Of a DNA stretch of 64,000 bases, positions 48,215 through 58,908 are shown one piece after another. Position 1 is the stretch's first letter. Each line of letters starts with the position of its first letter. A model generated the notes under the pieces. That model searched no databases. It had not been told where the DNA came from and saw nothing but the letters and a program-made list of their open reading frames with translations. The stretch is taken from contig CAXNIJ010000001.1 in assembly GCA_964202455.1 (NCBI GenBank), positions 46,080 through 110,079 on the forward strand. The letters run 5' to 3'. Source of the DNA: Candidatus Pacearchaeota archaeon. Lineage in GTDB: Archaea > Nanobdellota > Nanobdellia > Pacearchaeales > GW2011-AR1. Made by a program: the position numbers and the translations under genes.

Positions 48215-49369
48215 ATGGCCTTAAAGTTCGCACACATGGGAGATTGTCATTTAGGGGGTTGGAAACAACTCTCTTTAAGACTCTTGAACTCTCAAAGTTT
48301 TCAAAAAGCAATAGACAAATGTATTGCTGAAAAAGTAGATTTCGTAATTATTACAGGGGATCTTTTCGATGCAGCATATCCTCCAATAGAAACGCTTAAA
48401 GAAGCATTTCACGAATTCAAAAGACTTGCTCAAGAGAAAATTCCAGTTTTCTTAATAGCAGGTAGTCACGATTATTCTGCATCAGGTAGGACTTTTCTAG
48501 ATGTTTTAGAAAAAGCAGGATTCTGTAAGAATGTAGGTATTAGTGAAGAAAGAAACGGAAGCATCATGTTGCCCCCAACACTATACAAAAATGTGGCATT
48601 ATATGGCTATCCTGGGAAAAAGACAGGTCTAGAAGTAGAAGATATCGCCAGGATAAAACTTCATGATTCTCCCGGAATGTTCAAAATTCTTTTATTGCAT
48701 ACTGCAATAAGGGATGCAGTCGGAACACTTCCAATTAAAGCAGTGGATCATGAAAAACTTCCACAAGTAGACTATCTTGCCTTATCACATCTTCACGTTC
48801 TTTATCATCGTCAAAACAGAGTTTACTCTGGACCAACATTTCCAAATTCAGTCTCAGAATTAGAAGAATTAAAGTCAGGATATTTTTGTATATTTGACAA
48901 CGGCAGAGTCAGAAGAGAGGAAATAAAAACAAAAGAAGTGCTCTCTCTTAGCTTTATAATCGAAGATGCAAGAGAGGCAGCTCAAAACATAATTACTAAA
49001 TTAGAAAAAGAATTTCTTAAGGATAAAATAGTTATTCTAAAAATATCCGGAATATTGCAAAAAGGAAAAGTCTCAGATATAGATTTTAAATCAATAGAAG
49101 AATACCTCAAAAATAAAGGAGTTTACACTTTTCTTAAGAGCACAAGTAAATTACATCTTCCAGATTCTGAGATAAAAATAGATTTTCAAGATACGGGGAA
49201 CTTAGAAGAACAAATAATGAAAAAGTTCCAAGAAAATAATCCAAGTAAATTTAACTTACAAATACCTTCATTAATGAGTGCATTACAAACGGAAAAACTA
49301 GACGAAGAAAGAGCAACAGTTTTCGAAGATAGGATCTTAACCGAAGTAAGGAGGATTTTTGCTTTATGA
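48215..49369 (+). CDS. mre11: Mre11 (SbcD-like) nuclease
   Basis: DCHLG, TGDLFD, GSHD, HLH motifs; coupled to rad50. Confidence 0.92.
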   Translation: MALKFAHMGDCHLGGWKQLSLRLLNSQSFQKAIDKCIAEKVDFVIITGDLFDAAYPPIETLKEAFHEFKRLAQEKIPVFLIAGSHDYSASGRTFLDVLEKAGFCKNVGISEERNGSIMLPPTLYKNVALYGYPGKKTGLEVEDIARIKLHDSPGMFKILLLHTAIRDAVGTLPIKAVDHEKLPQVDYLALSHLHVLYHRQNRVYSGPTFPNSVSELEELKSGYFCIFDNGRVRREEIKTKEVLSLSFIIEDAREAAQNIITKLEKEFLKDKIVILKISGILQKGKVSDIDFKSIEEYLKNKGVYTFLKSTSKLHLPDSEIKIDFQDTGNLEEQIMKKFQENNPSKFNLQIPSLMSALQTEKLDEERATVFEDRILTEVRRIFAL

Positions 49370-51408
49370 TTTTTAAGAAAATAAGGCTTCAAAATATTCG
49401 AAGCTATGAAAATCAGGAAATAGAATTTCCCCTAGGGTCTTTATTGCTTTCCGGCGATGTAGGTTCAGGAAAAACTTCTTTGCTTATTGCAATAGAATAT
49501 GCGTTATTCGGCTTTCAACCTGGGCAGAATAGCGCAGCACTATTAAGAAACAAATCTCAAACGGGGGGAGTCGAGCTCAATTTCGAAATTGATGGAAAAG
49601 AAATCTGCATTGAAAGAAAACTTCGTAGAGGTTCAAAATCAATAACTAATGAATATGCAGCTATAACAATTAATGATAAAAAATTAGAATGTTCAGTTAC
49701 AGAATTAAAGACTCAAGTTTTAAAACTATTAGGTTATCCCGCAGAGTTTATTAAAAAAAACAATCTCTTATATCGCTACACAATCTATACTCCACAAGAA
49801 CAAATGAAGCAAATTATTGTAGAAGATCCGGAAGCACGTTTAAGCATTCTTCGTCATATTTTCGGAATAGACAAATACAAACTCATTAGAGAAAATACTC
49901 AAAAGGCCATGATTTATCTTAGAGAAGAAACTAAAGAATATCAAGCACTAATAAAAAATTTTGAGCAAGACTTAGAAAGAATAAGAGAAATAGAAGAAAA
50001 CTTAAAAAATTTAGAAAATCAAATAGCGACAAAAGAAGAATCTCTAAAAAAATCTATAGGGGAAAGAAAAGATAAAGAGAATGAAGTCCTGTCTCTAAGA
50101 GAAAAGTCAAAAGAGAAAGAAAAACTAGAAGGGGAGATTGAGAAAGTTAAGGTTCTTGCAAGCTCTAAGGGAGAAGCACTTATTTCTTTAGAAAAAGAAT
50201 ATCAAACTATTAAAAAAACTTTAGCGGAGGCAGCCCCATTTGACGAAGTTTTCTTTCTAGATATTATCAAAAATCTAAATGCAAAAAAAGAAATTCTAAA
50301 AAATCTACAAGAAAGATATATTCAAGTTAAGAGCCAAAATAGGGCGCTCGAACAACAGCAAAACGAAGCAAAAGCAAAAAAAGACAAGATTTTCACCATA
50401 GATATGTGTCCTACCTGCCTTCAAGACGTATCAGAAATACATAAACATAATGTTCTAAATGCAGCAGAACAAACTCTGACAGTAATTCAAAGACAGAAAT
50501 CCACTTTACAAGAAGAAGAAAAGCAAATAATCTATCTTTTAGAACAAGAGCAGAAAGAAATTCAAAATCTTGAACAAAAAAAAGTTGAAAATGAGATTAT
50601 TCGCGTTAATGTGCAATATCTAGATATAGCAAGAAAGAAATCCGCAGAGATATCAAAAATTAAAGATAGCCTCACTGCAGACATCAAATTACTTGAAAGC
50701 CATAGAGAATTAGTTCGTGAAGATCTTTCTCAATTCTCACGTTTTCTTAATCTCTTAAGATCAAAAGAAGATGAACTTCGCCATTCATTTTCAGAAGAAA
50801 AAGGATATGAGATTGGACTCGCAGAGACAAGAAAAGAACAACAGCTTCTCAGACGGGAGTTAGAAAGATTGCAAGAAATATTAAAAGAGAAAGAGAAAAT
50901 TAAGAAAAAACTAACTTACACTTTAGAAGTTATAGAATGGCTAAATGATCATTTCCTTTCACTTATGAATATTACCGAAAGCAGTGTTCTAATAAAATTA
51001 CGTTCAGAATTCTCAAAGCTATTCAGTAAATGGTTTCATATGTTAGCCGGAGATCAATTCGAAGTGCAAATAGATGAGACGTTCACACCAATAATCTTGC
51101 AGGGTGAACACGAAATGGAATATGCATTTCTTTCAGGAGGAGAAAGAACAGCCGTAGCACTAGCATATCGTCTAGCACTCAATCAAACCATTAATTCTCT
51201 TCTTAGTCAAATTAAAACAAAAGATATAATTATTCTAGACGAACCCACAGAAGGTTTTTCTGAGTCACAACTTGAAAGAATGCGTGAAGTCTTAGCAGAA
51301 TTGCAAGTCAAACAACTTATCATAGTCAGTCACGAACAAAAGATAGAGGGTTTTGTAGAACAAGTAATTAAGATAAGAAAAGAAGAAGGCATTTCAATAA
51401 AAGAATAG
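49366..51408 (+). CDS. rad50: Rad50 SMC-family ATPase
   Basis: GDVGSGKTS, coiled coil with CPTC zinc hook, LSGGE, LDEPT, VSH. Confidence 0.92.
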   Translation: MIFKKIRLQNIRSYENQEIEFPLGSLLLSGDVGSGKTSLLIAIEYALFGFQPGQNSAALLRNKSQTGGVELNFEIDGKEICIERKLRRGSKSITNEYAAITINDKKLECSVTELKTQVLKLLGYPAEFIKKNNLLYRYTIYTPQEQMKQIIVEDPEARLSILRHIFGIDKYKLIRENTQKAMIYLREETKEYQALIKNFEQDLERIREIEENLKNLENQIATKEESLKKSIGERKDKENEVLSLREKSKEKEKLEGEIEKVKVLASSKGEALISLEKEYQTIKKTLAEAAPFDEVFFLDIIKNLNAKKEILKNLQERYIQVKSQNRALEQQQNEAKAKKDKIFTIDMCPTCLQDVSEIHKHNVLNAAEQTLTVIQRQKSTLQEEEKQIIYLLEQEQKEIQNLEQKKVENEIIRVNVQYLDIARKKSAEISKIKDSLTADIKLLESHRELVREDLSQFSRFLNLLRSKEDELRHSFSEEKGYEIGLAETRKEQQLLRRELERLQEILKEKEKIKKKLTYTLEVIEWLNDHFLSLMNITESSVLIKLRSEFSKLFSKWFHMLAGDQFEVQIDETFTPIILQGEHEMEYAFLSGGERTAVALAYRLALNQTINSLLSQIKTKDIIILDEPTEGFSESQLERMREVLAELQVKQLIIVSHEQKIEGFVEQVIKIRKEEGISIKE

Positions 51409-51490
51409 TCTAAACTCTTCTCACAACTTGCCCAACCAAAAAACTTAAATACTCCTAATAAGTCCAGTTCATAGAGGTTCTACAAAATTT

Positions 51491-52156
51491 ATGAATACGC
51501 TCTCTAGCGATGTTGAAAAAAACATCATGAAATCTGGAACAAGCATTGTCGGCATTGTCTGTAAAGACGGAGTTGTCTTGGCAGGAGACAAACGAACAAC
51601 CGCCGGCGGACAAATCGTCATGTCAAAAAATTCCGACAAAGTAATCAAAATCAACGATTTCATAGCCGTTGCAGGAACCGGAGTTTCTTCCGATATAGAT
51701 CTTTCACAAAGAGTATTTGCAGCAGAGCTTCGTCTTAAAGAACTTAAAACCAAATCTCGTACAACTGTCAAAGAGGCGGCAAATCTTTTCGGCATGATGT
51801 CTTATAGAAATATTCGTACACCTAGCATGATTGCAAGTGTCGTAGGAACTTTAATGGCTGGAGTGAATGAAGACGGCACAAGTGAACTTTACACTATAGA
51901 GCCAGCCGGAGGAGTTTACAAAGTAGATGATTACGATGCAAATTTTGGTTCAGGAATGCCTTACATTTTAGGATTATTAGAAAGACAATTCAAAAAAGAT
52001 ATGTCTGTAAAAGAAGCAGTTGAGCTTGCAAAAGAATGTATTAAATCCGCAATAGAAAGAGATCCCGGTTCAGGAAATGGAATTGATGTTTTTACGATAA
52101 CTAAGGATGGCGTAAAACAAGTGGTCGCAGAGAAAATTACCGTAGAATACAAATAA
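51491..52156 (+). CDS. psmB: Proteasome subunit beta
   Basis: Propeptide ending KSG/TSIVGI, GDKRTT, GSG, RDPGSG. Confidence 0.94.
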   Translation: MNTLSSDVEKNIMKSGTSIVGIVCKDGVVLAGDKRTTAGGQIVMSKNSDKVIKINDFIAVAGTGVSSDIDLSQRVFAAELRLKELKTKSRTTVKEAANLFGMMSYRNIRTPSMIASVVGTLMAGVNEDGTSELYTIEPAGGVYKVDDYDANFGSGMPYILGLLERQFKKDMSVKEAVELAKECIKSAIERDPGSGNGIDVFTITKDGVKQVVAEKITVEYK

Positions 52157-52173
52157 GAGTCTAGAACAATCTA

Positions 52174-54054
52174 ATGGCAGATATTTTAAAAAGTATTAAA
52201 GAAGATTTACCAAAAGTAATCACAGATGCAGCATTTGAAGGAGCAAACATAGTTCTTTACACAACAGATAAAGAATTTTTCAAAGAAGGAGAAAGAAAAA
52301 TCAAGGAAGTTGTAGATAAAGTTAAAAAACGTATAGAATTGCGAGCAGAACAATCTATTCTAGCTTCAGAAGAAGATACAGATAAGACTATTCGCGCACT
52401 TGTTCCAGAAGATGCAGAGATAACTCAAGTTATTTTTGATGTACAACGTAGTAGTGTAGTTATTGAGGCAAAGCGCCCCGGATTAGTAATTGGTAAACAA
52501 GGCTCAATCCTCAATGATATAAGGCGAGCTACATTCTGGACGGCTTCTGTAAGAAGAAGTCCTTCAATTCCTAGTAAAATAACTGAAAAAATTCGTTCAG
52601 TTCTTTATGCAAACAATGCATATCGAAAAAAGTTTCTTAATGAAATAGGGAAAAAGATTTACAATGAATGGAGTTCAGAGAAAATGGATATGTGGGTGCG
52701 CCTTACATATTTGGGAAGCGGAAGGCAAGTCGGACGTTCATGTCTTCTTCTTCAAACGCCAAATTCAAAAGTTCTTCTAGATTGCGGAATAAATCCTGCA
52801 ATTTCAGACGGTCCAGATCGTTTTCCATATCTTAATGTTCCAGAAATAGGGGATCTTAATACAATTAATGCAATTATTCTAAGTCACGCCCATACAGACC
52901 ACGCAGGAGTCATTCCTTATCTCTATAAGATGGGATATCGCGGACCAGTATATCTTACAGAGCCAACTCGCGACATTGCAGCACTTCTCGCCTTAGATTT
53001 CATAGGAGTAGCATATAAACAAGCAGCAGCTCCATTATACAAAGCTGAAGATATTAAAGAAATGGTAAGACATTCTATTTCATTAGACTATGGGGAAGTC
53101 ACAGACATTACTCCAGATATTCGTATTACTTTTTACAATGCTGGTCACGTTTTAGGTTCAGCTCAGGTACATATTAACATAGGGAACGGTCTTCATAATT
53201 TAGTTTACGGCGCAGACACAAAATATGGAAAAACTAGACTACTAGATCCAGCAGTAAATAATTTTCCCCGTGTCGAAACTCTAACGATAGAGTCTACTTA
53301 CGGATCCAAAGATGATGTCTTGCCCACTCGTCAGGAAGTGGAAAAAACATTTATAGAAATGGCAAAGAAAACTATAGAACGTAACGGAAAAATTTTAATT
53401 CCAGAGTTAGGTCTAGGACACTCTCAAGAAACCGTTCTCAGAGTAGAAGAGGCAATACGAACAGGAGAATTACCTAAAATTCCAATATATATAGATGGAA
53501 TGATTTGGGATATTACTGCAATTCATACTGCGTATCCAGATTTTCTTTCTGCATCAGTTAGAAATCAAATATACCAAGACAATAATCCCTTTGCATCAGA
53601 TCTTCTCAAAAGAGTTGGTAGTCCCGCAGAACGTAAAGAAGTCATCGAAGGCGGACCATGTATAATCATTGCAACTTCTGGAATGCTTAATGGAGGCGCA
53701 TCTGTAGAATACTTCAAAAATTTGGCAGAGAATCCAAATAATCTTATCGTATTCGGATGTTATCAGGCAATAGGTTCTTTGGGAAGACAACTTCAAGAAG
53801 GAACAAAAGAAGTCTATGTAGATCAATCTAAAATTACTGTTAAAATGCAGGTCGAAGTTCTCAAGGGTTTCTCAGCGCATTCAGGCCGTAATGAACTTTT
53901 GCAATATGTTAGTCGAATGAATCCAAAACCAAAGAAAATCATAATCAATCACGGAGAAGTTTCTAAATCTTTAGATCTTGCTTCAACTCTTTACAAATTA
54001 TGTCATACAGAAACAGTTGTGCCTAGAAATCTCGAGACGATTAGGTTGAAGTAA
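52174..54054 (+). CDS. fttA: Beta-CASP ribonuclease aCPSF1 (FttA)
   Basis: KH domains (PGLVIGKQG), VGRSC, SHAHTDH, AGHVLGSA, GFSAHS, NHGE. Confidence 0.95.
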   Translation: MADILKSIKEDLPKVITDAAFEGANIVLYTTDKEFFKEGERKIKEVVDKVKKRIELRAEQSILASEEDTDKTIRALVPEDAEITQVIFDVQRSSVVIEAKRPGLVIGKQGSILNDIRRATFWTASVRRSPSIPSKITEKIRSVLYANNAYRKKFLNEIGKKIYNEWSSEKMDMWVRLTYLGSGRQVGRSCLLLQTPNSKVLLDCGINPAISDGPDRFPYLNVPEIGDLNTINAIILSHAHTDHAGVIPYLYKMGYRGPVYLTEPTRDIAALLALDFIGVAYKQAAAPLYKAEDIKEMVRHSISLDYGEVTDITPDIRITFYNAGHVLGSAQVHINIGNGLHNLVYGADTKYGKTRLLDPAVNNFPRVETLTIESTYGSKDDVLPTRQEVEKTFIEMAKKTIERNGKILIPELGLGHSQETVLRVEEAIRTGELPKIPIYIDGMIWDITAIHTAYPDFLSASVRNQIYQDNNPFASDLLKRVGSPAERKEVIEGGPCIIIATSGMLNGGASVEYFKNLAENPNNLIVFGCYQAIGSLGRQLQEGTKEVYVDQSKITVKMQVEVLKGFSAHSGRNELLQYVSRMNPKPKKIIINHGEVSKSLDLASTLYKLCHTETVVPRNLETIRLK

Positions 54055-54220
54055 ATATTATAAACTAGATCGTTCTAAAATTCATATGTCTTCAAAAAAA
54101 TTTAGAATATTTGCAGTTCCTACTCAAAGCGGACAAATCTGATCTAGAAAAACTCATAGGCTCGGATGGGCCGATTGCCGCAGTCCATCCACTCATCGAT
54201 TCAGATATGCAAAAATTTGC

Positions 54221-54394
54221 ATGTCGAGGAACTTGAAATAAACTCCAGCCGTCAAGAATTCTTTAATTCTTGAGCGCGCTCAGAACATCAAGAATGCTCT
54301 ACGTTCGCATTCTTGAGTGCGATCAAAAGTCTCTAACTTTTGACGACTAAAAGTTTCTGACGTTTAAGTTGAGGTAGCGCATCGTGTTTTTGAT
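54221..54394 (+). repeat. Modular hairpin element copy with nested hairpins
   Basis: ATGTCGAGGAACTTGA left end; hairpins 54252-54273, 54288-54316, 54323-54343; right end TTTCTGACGTTTAAGTTGAGGTAGCGCATCGTG. Confidence 0.85.
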
Positions 54395-54528
54395 ATACTA
54401 CTAAATGCGGACCATATCTAGCCTACCACAATGGGAATGAAATTCCTTATTTTAAAGCACGAGAAGATCTTAATAATTAGTTAAAGTTCAGAACAAACCC
54501 TTAAAAACCTGAATATCTAAAGAGATAT

Positions 54529-55449
54529 GTGAAACACTCTATTAAAATAACTTTTATTCTACTAAGTATGTTTTTAGTAGCCCAATTTATCGGTCTAGGA
54601 GTTAATTATATTTATACGCCACAAGTAGAAACACTGGTAACTCCAGCTGGAACATCTTTTAACGTTACGACTTATAATCTACCTTATGGCGTCGAGCCTC
54701 CAGAAGATAATGAGCCAAAAATGAATTTCTTGTCAATGATAATCGCTTTCATTATGGCAATCGGACTTATGCTTTTATTAATGAAATTCCGTGCAGAGCT
54801 TCTTCTTAGAGGTTGGTTTTTCATAGTCATAACATTTGGTCTTGCAGTTGCATTAAACGCTTTTCTGCTTTCATTTCAATATGCAGCAATAATTGCATTT
54901 TTCATAGCTTTAGTTTTAGCATATCTAAAAGTCTTCAAGAGAAACATCATAGTTCATAATCTTACAGAACTTTTAATTTATCCGGGAGTTAGTGCAATTT
55001 TTGTACCTCTTCTAAATATCTGGACAGTAGTTTTCCTTTTAGTAATAATTTCATTCTATGATATGTATGTAGTCTGGCATTCAGGTTTCATGCAAAAAAT
55101 GGCAAAATTCCAAATGAATAAAGTCAGAGTCTTTTCAGGATTTTTCATTCCATACATAAGAAAAGAAGATAAAGCATTAATCGAAAAAATAAAGAAAGGA
55201 AAGGAAAAGAGTCAGAAAATAAAAGTCAATATTGCTCTTCTTGGCGGAGGCGACGTGGTATTTCCAATGATTCTTGCAGGAGTAGTTTTGCAAGCTTGGG
55301 GACTTATTCCAGCACTAATTATAATACTGGGCGCAACACTCTCTCTAGCACATCTATTTTATATTTCAGAGAAAGGCAAATTCTATCCTGCAATGCCATT
55401 TATTAGCACAGGATGTTTAATTGCATTGGCAATTGCTTCGCTGATTTAG
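54529..55449 (+). CDS. Presenilin-family intramembrane aspartyl protease
   Basis: FYD in TM, LGGGD, YPAMP motifs. Confidence 0.9.
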   Translation: MKHSIKITFILLSMFLVAQFIGLGVNYIYTPQVETLVTPAGTSFNVTTYNLPYGVEPPEDNEPKMNFLSMIIAFIMAIGLMLLLMKFRAELLLRGWFFIVITFGLAVALNAFLLSFQYAAIIAFFIALVLAYLKVFKRNIIVHNLTELLIYPGVSAIFVPLLNIWTVVFLLVIISFYDMYVVWHSGFMQKMAKFQMNKVRVFSGFFIPYIRKEDKALIEKIKKGKEKSQKIKVNIALLGGGDVVFPMILAGVVLQAWGLIPALIIILGATLSLAHLFYISEKGKFYPAMPFISTGCLIALAIASLI

Positions 55450-56168
55450 CCAGGTTCCCGATCTCTAGAGAAAGGCAGACGAGTCATAGAATTTTCAATA
55501 ATTTCTTTCAAAGTCTGTTGTTCACATCTCTGAATATCTTTTTTTATCTTATCACCATATTCAATTATATCATATGGAGTAATAACTGTTACATCCCATC
55601 CCCCAGTATAGATATCCTGAGAAGCAGACTTTAAAGCACCATAAGCGAGATCTAGAGCTGTCCCAAGATCAATTTGTCTAGGGGGAAGATATCCTTTGCT
55701 TTGAATGTATGCTGAGGCATGTTTTTCTCCGCTTCCCAGTACCGTCCAGGATCTTTCTTCAACACGTCCCAACGGATAACAAGTCCATAACCGAGGGCTA
55801 TTTTCATATCTTGAAGCAACTAATAATAAGTTTTGTTTTTCATAATCATATTTTTTCCCACCCATTTTTTTAAGATTAAGATCACTTAAAGCAGGGAAAT
55901 TCTCAGATTTCATAGCCTCTTTAAAATCTATTTTTCCTTCTTGAACATTTAGAAGAAACTCAATATACCAAGGGTCATAACTTCCAGCCATACACAATGC
56001 TAAATTTCGTTCATTATCTATGTGAATTTTTTTTACTTCTGTTTTAGTCTGTTGTCTAACCGTAACGTCCCCTCTATTTTCCCATTCAGTCAATGTAGCT
56101 GTAAGGTCTGAAGCAAGAACAACTGCCGGCGTGTTTTTCATAGCCAAAATTCCAACTAATGTAGTCAT
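55446..56168 (-). CDS. Ntn-hydrolase, divergent proteasome-beta/HslV-like protein
   Basis: M/TTLVGI...VLASD...K, LGSG, DIYTGG motifs; no propeptide. Confidence 0.7.
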   Translation of the reverse strand: MTTLVGILAMKNTPAVVLASDLTATLTEWENRGDVTVRQQTKTEVKKIHIDNERNLALCMAGSYDPWYIEFLLNVQEGKIDFKEAMKSENFPALSDLNLKKMGGKKYDYEKQNLLLVASRYENSPRLWTCYPLGRVEERSWTVLGSGEKHASAYIQSKGYLPPRQIDLGTALDLAYGALKSASQDIYTGGWDVTVITPYDIIEYGDKIKKDIQRCEQQTLKEIIENSMTRLPFSRDREPG

Positions 56169-56272
56169 ACATTACAGGACATAGGCTTTCTTTATAAATC
56201 TTTTCATCTTTTTACCCTTATTAAGTTACAACAAGAGAAAGATTTAAATACCCAATTTGTCGCTATTCAGTC

Positions 56273-57061
56273 ATGATACTTAAACAGGAACTTGTGAAAA
56301 GAATTAAGGAGTATTTTAACCTTAATATCTACGAGACGAAAGTTTGGCTTGCACTTTTAACTAAAGGAATTGCTTCAGCACGTGAAGTTGCAGATTTATC
56401 TGGAGTACCAAGAAGCAGAACTTACGATGTTCTAGAATCTTTAGAAAAGTCAGGGTTCGCAATTACTAAAATTGGAAAACCAGTTAAATATATTGCAGTA
56501 AAACCTACTGAAGTTCTTGAAAAAATGAAATCCAATACTTTTAATGAAGCTCAAGAAAAAATAAAATCTCTTTCAACATTAAAGGAAACTCAAGAATATA
56601 CGGAACTAGAACAACTCCACAAATCTAGTCTCACAATGATAAAATCTGCAGACATAACTGGTTCTCTAAAAGGAAGATCGAATATTTTAGGAAGACTACG
56701 AGAATTGCTTGAAACAGCACAAAATGAAGTAGTTATATGTACTACTATTGCAGATTTCGAAGATAAAAGTAGAGTTTTAGTTCCAGCTCTCCAGAGATTT
56801 TCTAAAAGTAATATCAAAGTAAAATTAGCATTATCTGGAGAAAACGAACAAGTGAAAAAGCTCGGAGCAAAATTAAACATTAAAATTAAAAACGCAGAAA
56901 CCAACGCAAGATTTTTCATTGCAGATAAAAGAGAAGTTCTTTTCATGGTAACACCAGAACAAGCAGAAGAAGAAATGGGTGTTTGGCTTAACTCCGAATT
57001 CTTCACATCTTCACTTGCAAGTATAATTGATTTTTCTCTGAGAAGTTCACCAGCCAATTAA
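56273..57061 (+). CDS. TrmB family transcriptional regulator
   Basis: LNIYETKVWLALL...SGVPRSRTYDVLESLEKSG...GKPVKYIAV. Confidence 0.9.
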   Translation: MILKQELVKRIKEYFNLNIYETKVWLALLTKGIASAREVADLSGVPRSRTYDVLESLEKSGFAITKIGKPVKYIAVKPTEVLEKMKSNTFNEAQEKIKSLSTLKETQEYTELEQLHKSSLTMIKSADITGSLKGRSNILGRLRELLETAQNEVVICTTIADFEDKSRVLVPALQRFSKSNIKVKLALSGENEQVKKLGAKLNIKIKNAETNARFFIADKREVLFMVTPEQAEEEMGVWLNSEFFTSSLASIIDFSLRSSPAN

Positions 57062-57070
57062 GCTATTTTT

Positions 57071-58411
57071 TTAAATTTCTTCAATTCCAATTATATGCAT
57101 ATCTTCCATTTTTTTGCTAGAATTTTTTCTAAAGTGCTCTAAAAATGCCCTGGCGCTTGGAGCAGTCTTCACATAAGTATGCAAAAATCCATTTTTTTCA
57201 AAAACTTGTTTATGACATTTGCGAAATGCTTTAGCATGTTTTGCAAGGTTCACTGGAGGCCCAATCTCAACAATCTCTTTTTTTGCCTTTACAATGTAAA
57301 ATACTTCGGCATTTTCTTTTTCGTTATATTGAAAAATATGACTAAAAACATCGAATTCTTTAGTCAGTTCATTACCAAAAAAAGTAAAGAATTTTTTTAA
57401 TTTAGTACCTGCAATATCTCCTGCTTGTTTATCTGTTTTAAAGTTCAGATGGAGAATTTCAGCTTTCTTTTTATGTGCAATATTATCAAAAGATTTTCGG
57501 CTCACCGGATGAAATACAAAATCCGACTTTCGAGGGTGAGCAAGAAATTCTCTCGCAGCTTTCTGAAACACTTCAAAACTTTCTTTACTTAGTGCTGCAA
57601 GGGCATTACGTTCTCTCCAAGTAGGGTCTATAAGAACTATTGGACTCATAAGTTTACTTTCATTCATTAAAATCAAAGGACTCTCTTTTTTACTATATTG
57701 TTTCTCCAAATCAATAATCATACGATCTTTAACTTTCACAAGTGATCTAAGCATTTTCAAAAAAGAGCCATAATGGGCAATTAAACATTCAAGGGCATAT
57801 CCAGAAAATCCTTGAATATAACTTTCTGCTCCGTAAACTCCATGCGCCCTACAAAATGTTTTTGCCAACGCAACTTCCCCGTTAAATTGCTTTTGCTTCT
57901 TTGCAAATTTTTTAAAATATTTAACATGAAAATAACTTAAATCAGTAACATTTCTAGATTCACGAGGGTGTTTAATAGATAAAACAGGTATAATTTCAAA
58001 AGTTAATGAATCTGAAAAAATAACCTTAAAATAATCCCTACTTCCATGAATCTTTTCAACAACTTGATTTTTTCTCTTTCCAAAAGAAGAATTAACTATC
58101 TTTTCAAGAATTGAAGAAAGATCCCCATATCGCCAGTCAAATCTAACATAAATATCAATATCATGAATATCTTTCTTTACCATAGTTCTTTTTGCAAAAC
58201 TCCCTCCCAAAAAGACTTCCGCCCCAATTTTCTTTTTTTTAATTACCGATTCAAGTTTATCAACTATCTCTCTTCCTTTTTCTTCAAGAGTAGAATAATC
58301 TTCTTCACTAGGGGCATAGTCAAGACTTTTCAAAAAACTAGCCACATTTCCTGTATGGACTTCATTGTCCAGTATTCCTTCAAACAAGCCCAGCACTCTT
58401 TTAAACTGCAT
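57071..58411 (-). CDS. cca: Archaeal (class I) CCA-adding enzyme
   Basis: GGSFAKRT...DIDIYV, TDLSYFH, YGAESYIQGFSGY, IDPT...RN. Confidence 0.9.
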   Translation of the reverse strand: MQFKRVLGLFEGILDNEVHTGNVASFLKSLDYAPSEEDYSTLEEKGREIVDKLESVIKKKKIGAEVFLGGSFAKRTMVKKDIHDIDIYVRFDWRYGDLSSILEKIVNSSFGKRKNQVVEKIHGSRDYFKVIFSDSLTFEIIPVLSIKHPRESRNVTDLSYFHVKYFKKFAKKQKQFNGEVALAKTFCRAHGVYGAESYIQGFSGYALECLIAHYGSFLKMLRSLVKVKDRMIIDLEKQYSKKESPLILMNESKLMSPIVLIDPTWRERNALAALSKESFEVFQKAAREFLAHPRKSDFVFHPVSRKSFDNIAHKKKAEILHLNFKTDKQAGDIAGTKLKKFFTFFGNELTKEFDVFSHIFQYNEKENAEVFYIVKAKKEIVEIGPPVNLAKHAKAFRKCHKQVFEKNGFLHTYVKTAPSARAFLEHFRKNSSKKMEDMHIIGIEEI

Positions 58412-58435
58412 AATTAAAAAAAGCCAACTAGATAT

Positions 58436-58849
58436 TTAAACTCTAGCCTCTCCACTTTTTCGGTTTCCAAAATATGAACTTAAATCAACAATGTACTTCC
58501 CATCTTCAAGTTGATAAACTCTAGGTTTTTCTTTAGAAAGTAACTTTTGCAAGTCAAGAAGATATTTTCCGGGTTTAAGAACACGCACACTTTCAAAATC
58601 AAGGAAAACTGGAGTTTCTTCATCAACAACTCCAGTAATATCTCTAATGTCTTCTTCAATCTGTTTCTTTTCAGTCAGGCTTAGATCTAGCAAACTATTC
58701 TCTTCAGCAGATTTTTCTTCATTCATCTGTTTAAGCTTTTCTTCTTTAATGTAAAAAAAGAATTTGCTTTTACATTTAGCGCATCCTTCTAAGACTTCTT
58801 GTGCAGCATCAACGTATGTTGCAGAGCAGTGAACACATTTATAGGGCAT
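58436..58849 (-). CDS. oapC: OapC (DUF2072) zinc-ribbon protein
   Basis: MPYKCVHC...GCAKC...FFY, ESVRVLKPGKYLLDL. Confidence 0.85.
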   Translation of the reverse strand: MPYKCVHCSATYVDAAQEVLEGCAKCKSKFFFYIKEEKLKQMNEEKSAEENSLLDLSLTEKKQIEEDIRDITGVVDEETPVFLDFESVRVLKPGKYLLDLQKLLSKEKPRVYQLEDGKYIVDLSSYFGNRKSGEARV

Positions 58850-58908
58850 AATAAAAAAAACTCTATCAAGTTAATAAAGTTTTATATACTCTCAAAATAT
58901 CATTTATT

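Noticed and set aside
54164..54190. Hairpin GGATGG...CCATCC as an ncRNA
   Set aside because: Single short stem with no recognisable family features or second copy.
56590..57057. Antisense ORFs such as 56590..57057, 18130..18747 and 2398..2751
   Set aside because: Shadow frames of well-supported genes on the opposite strand.
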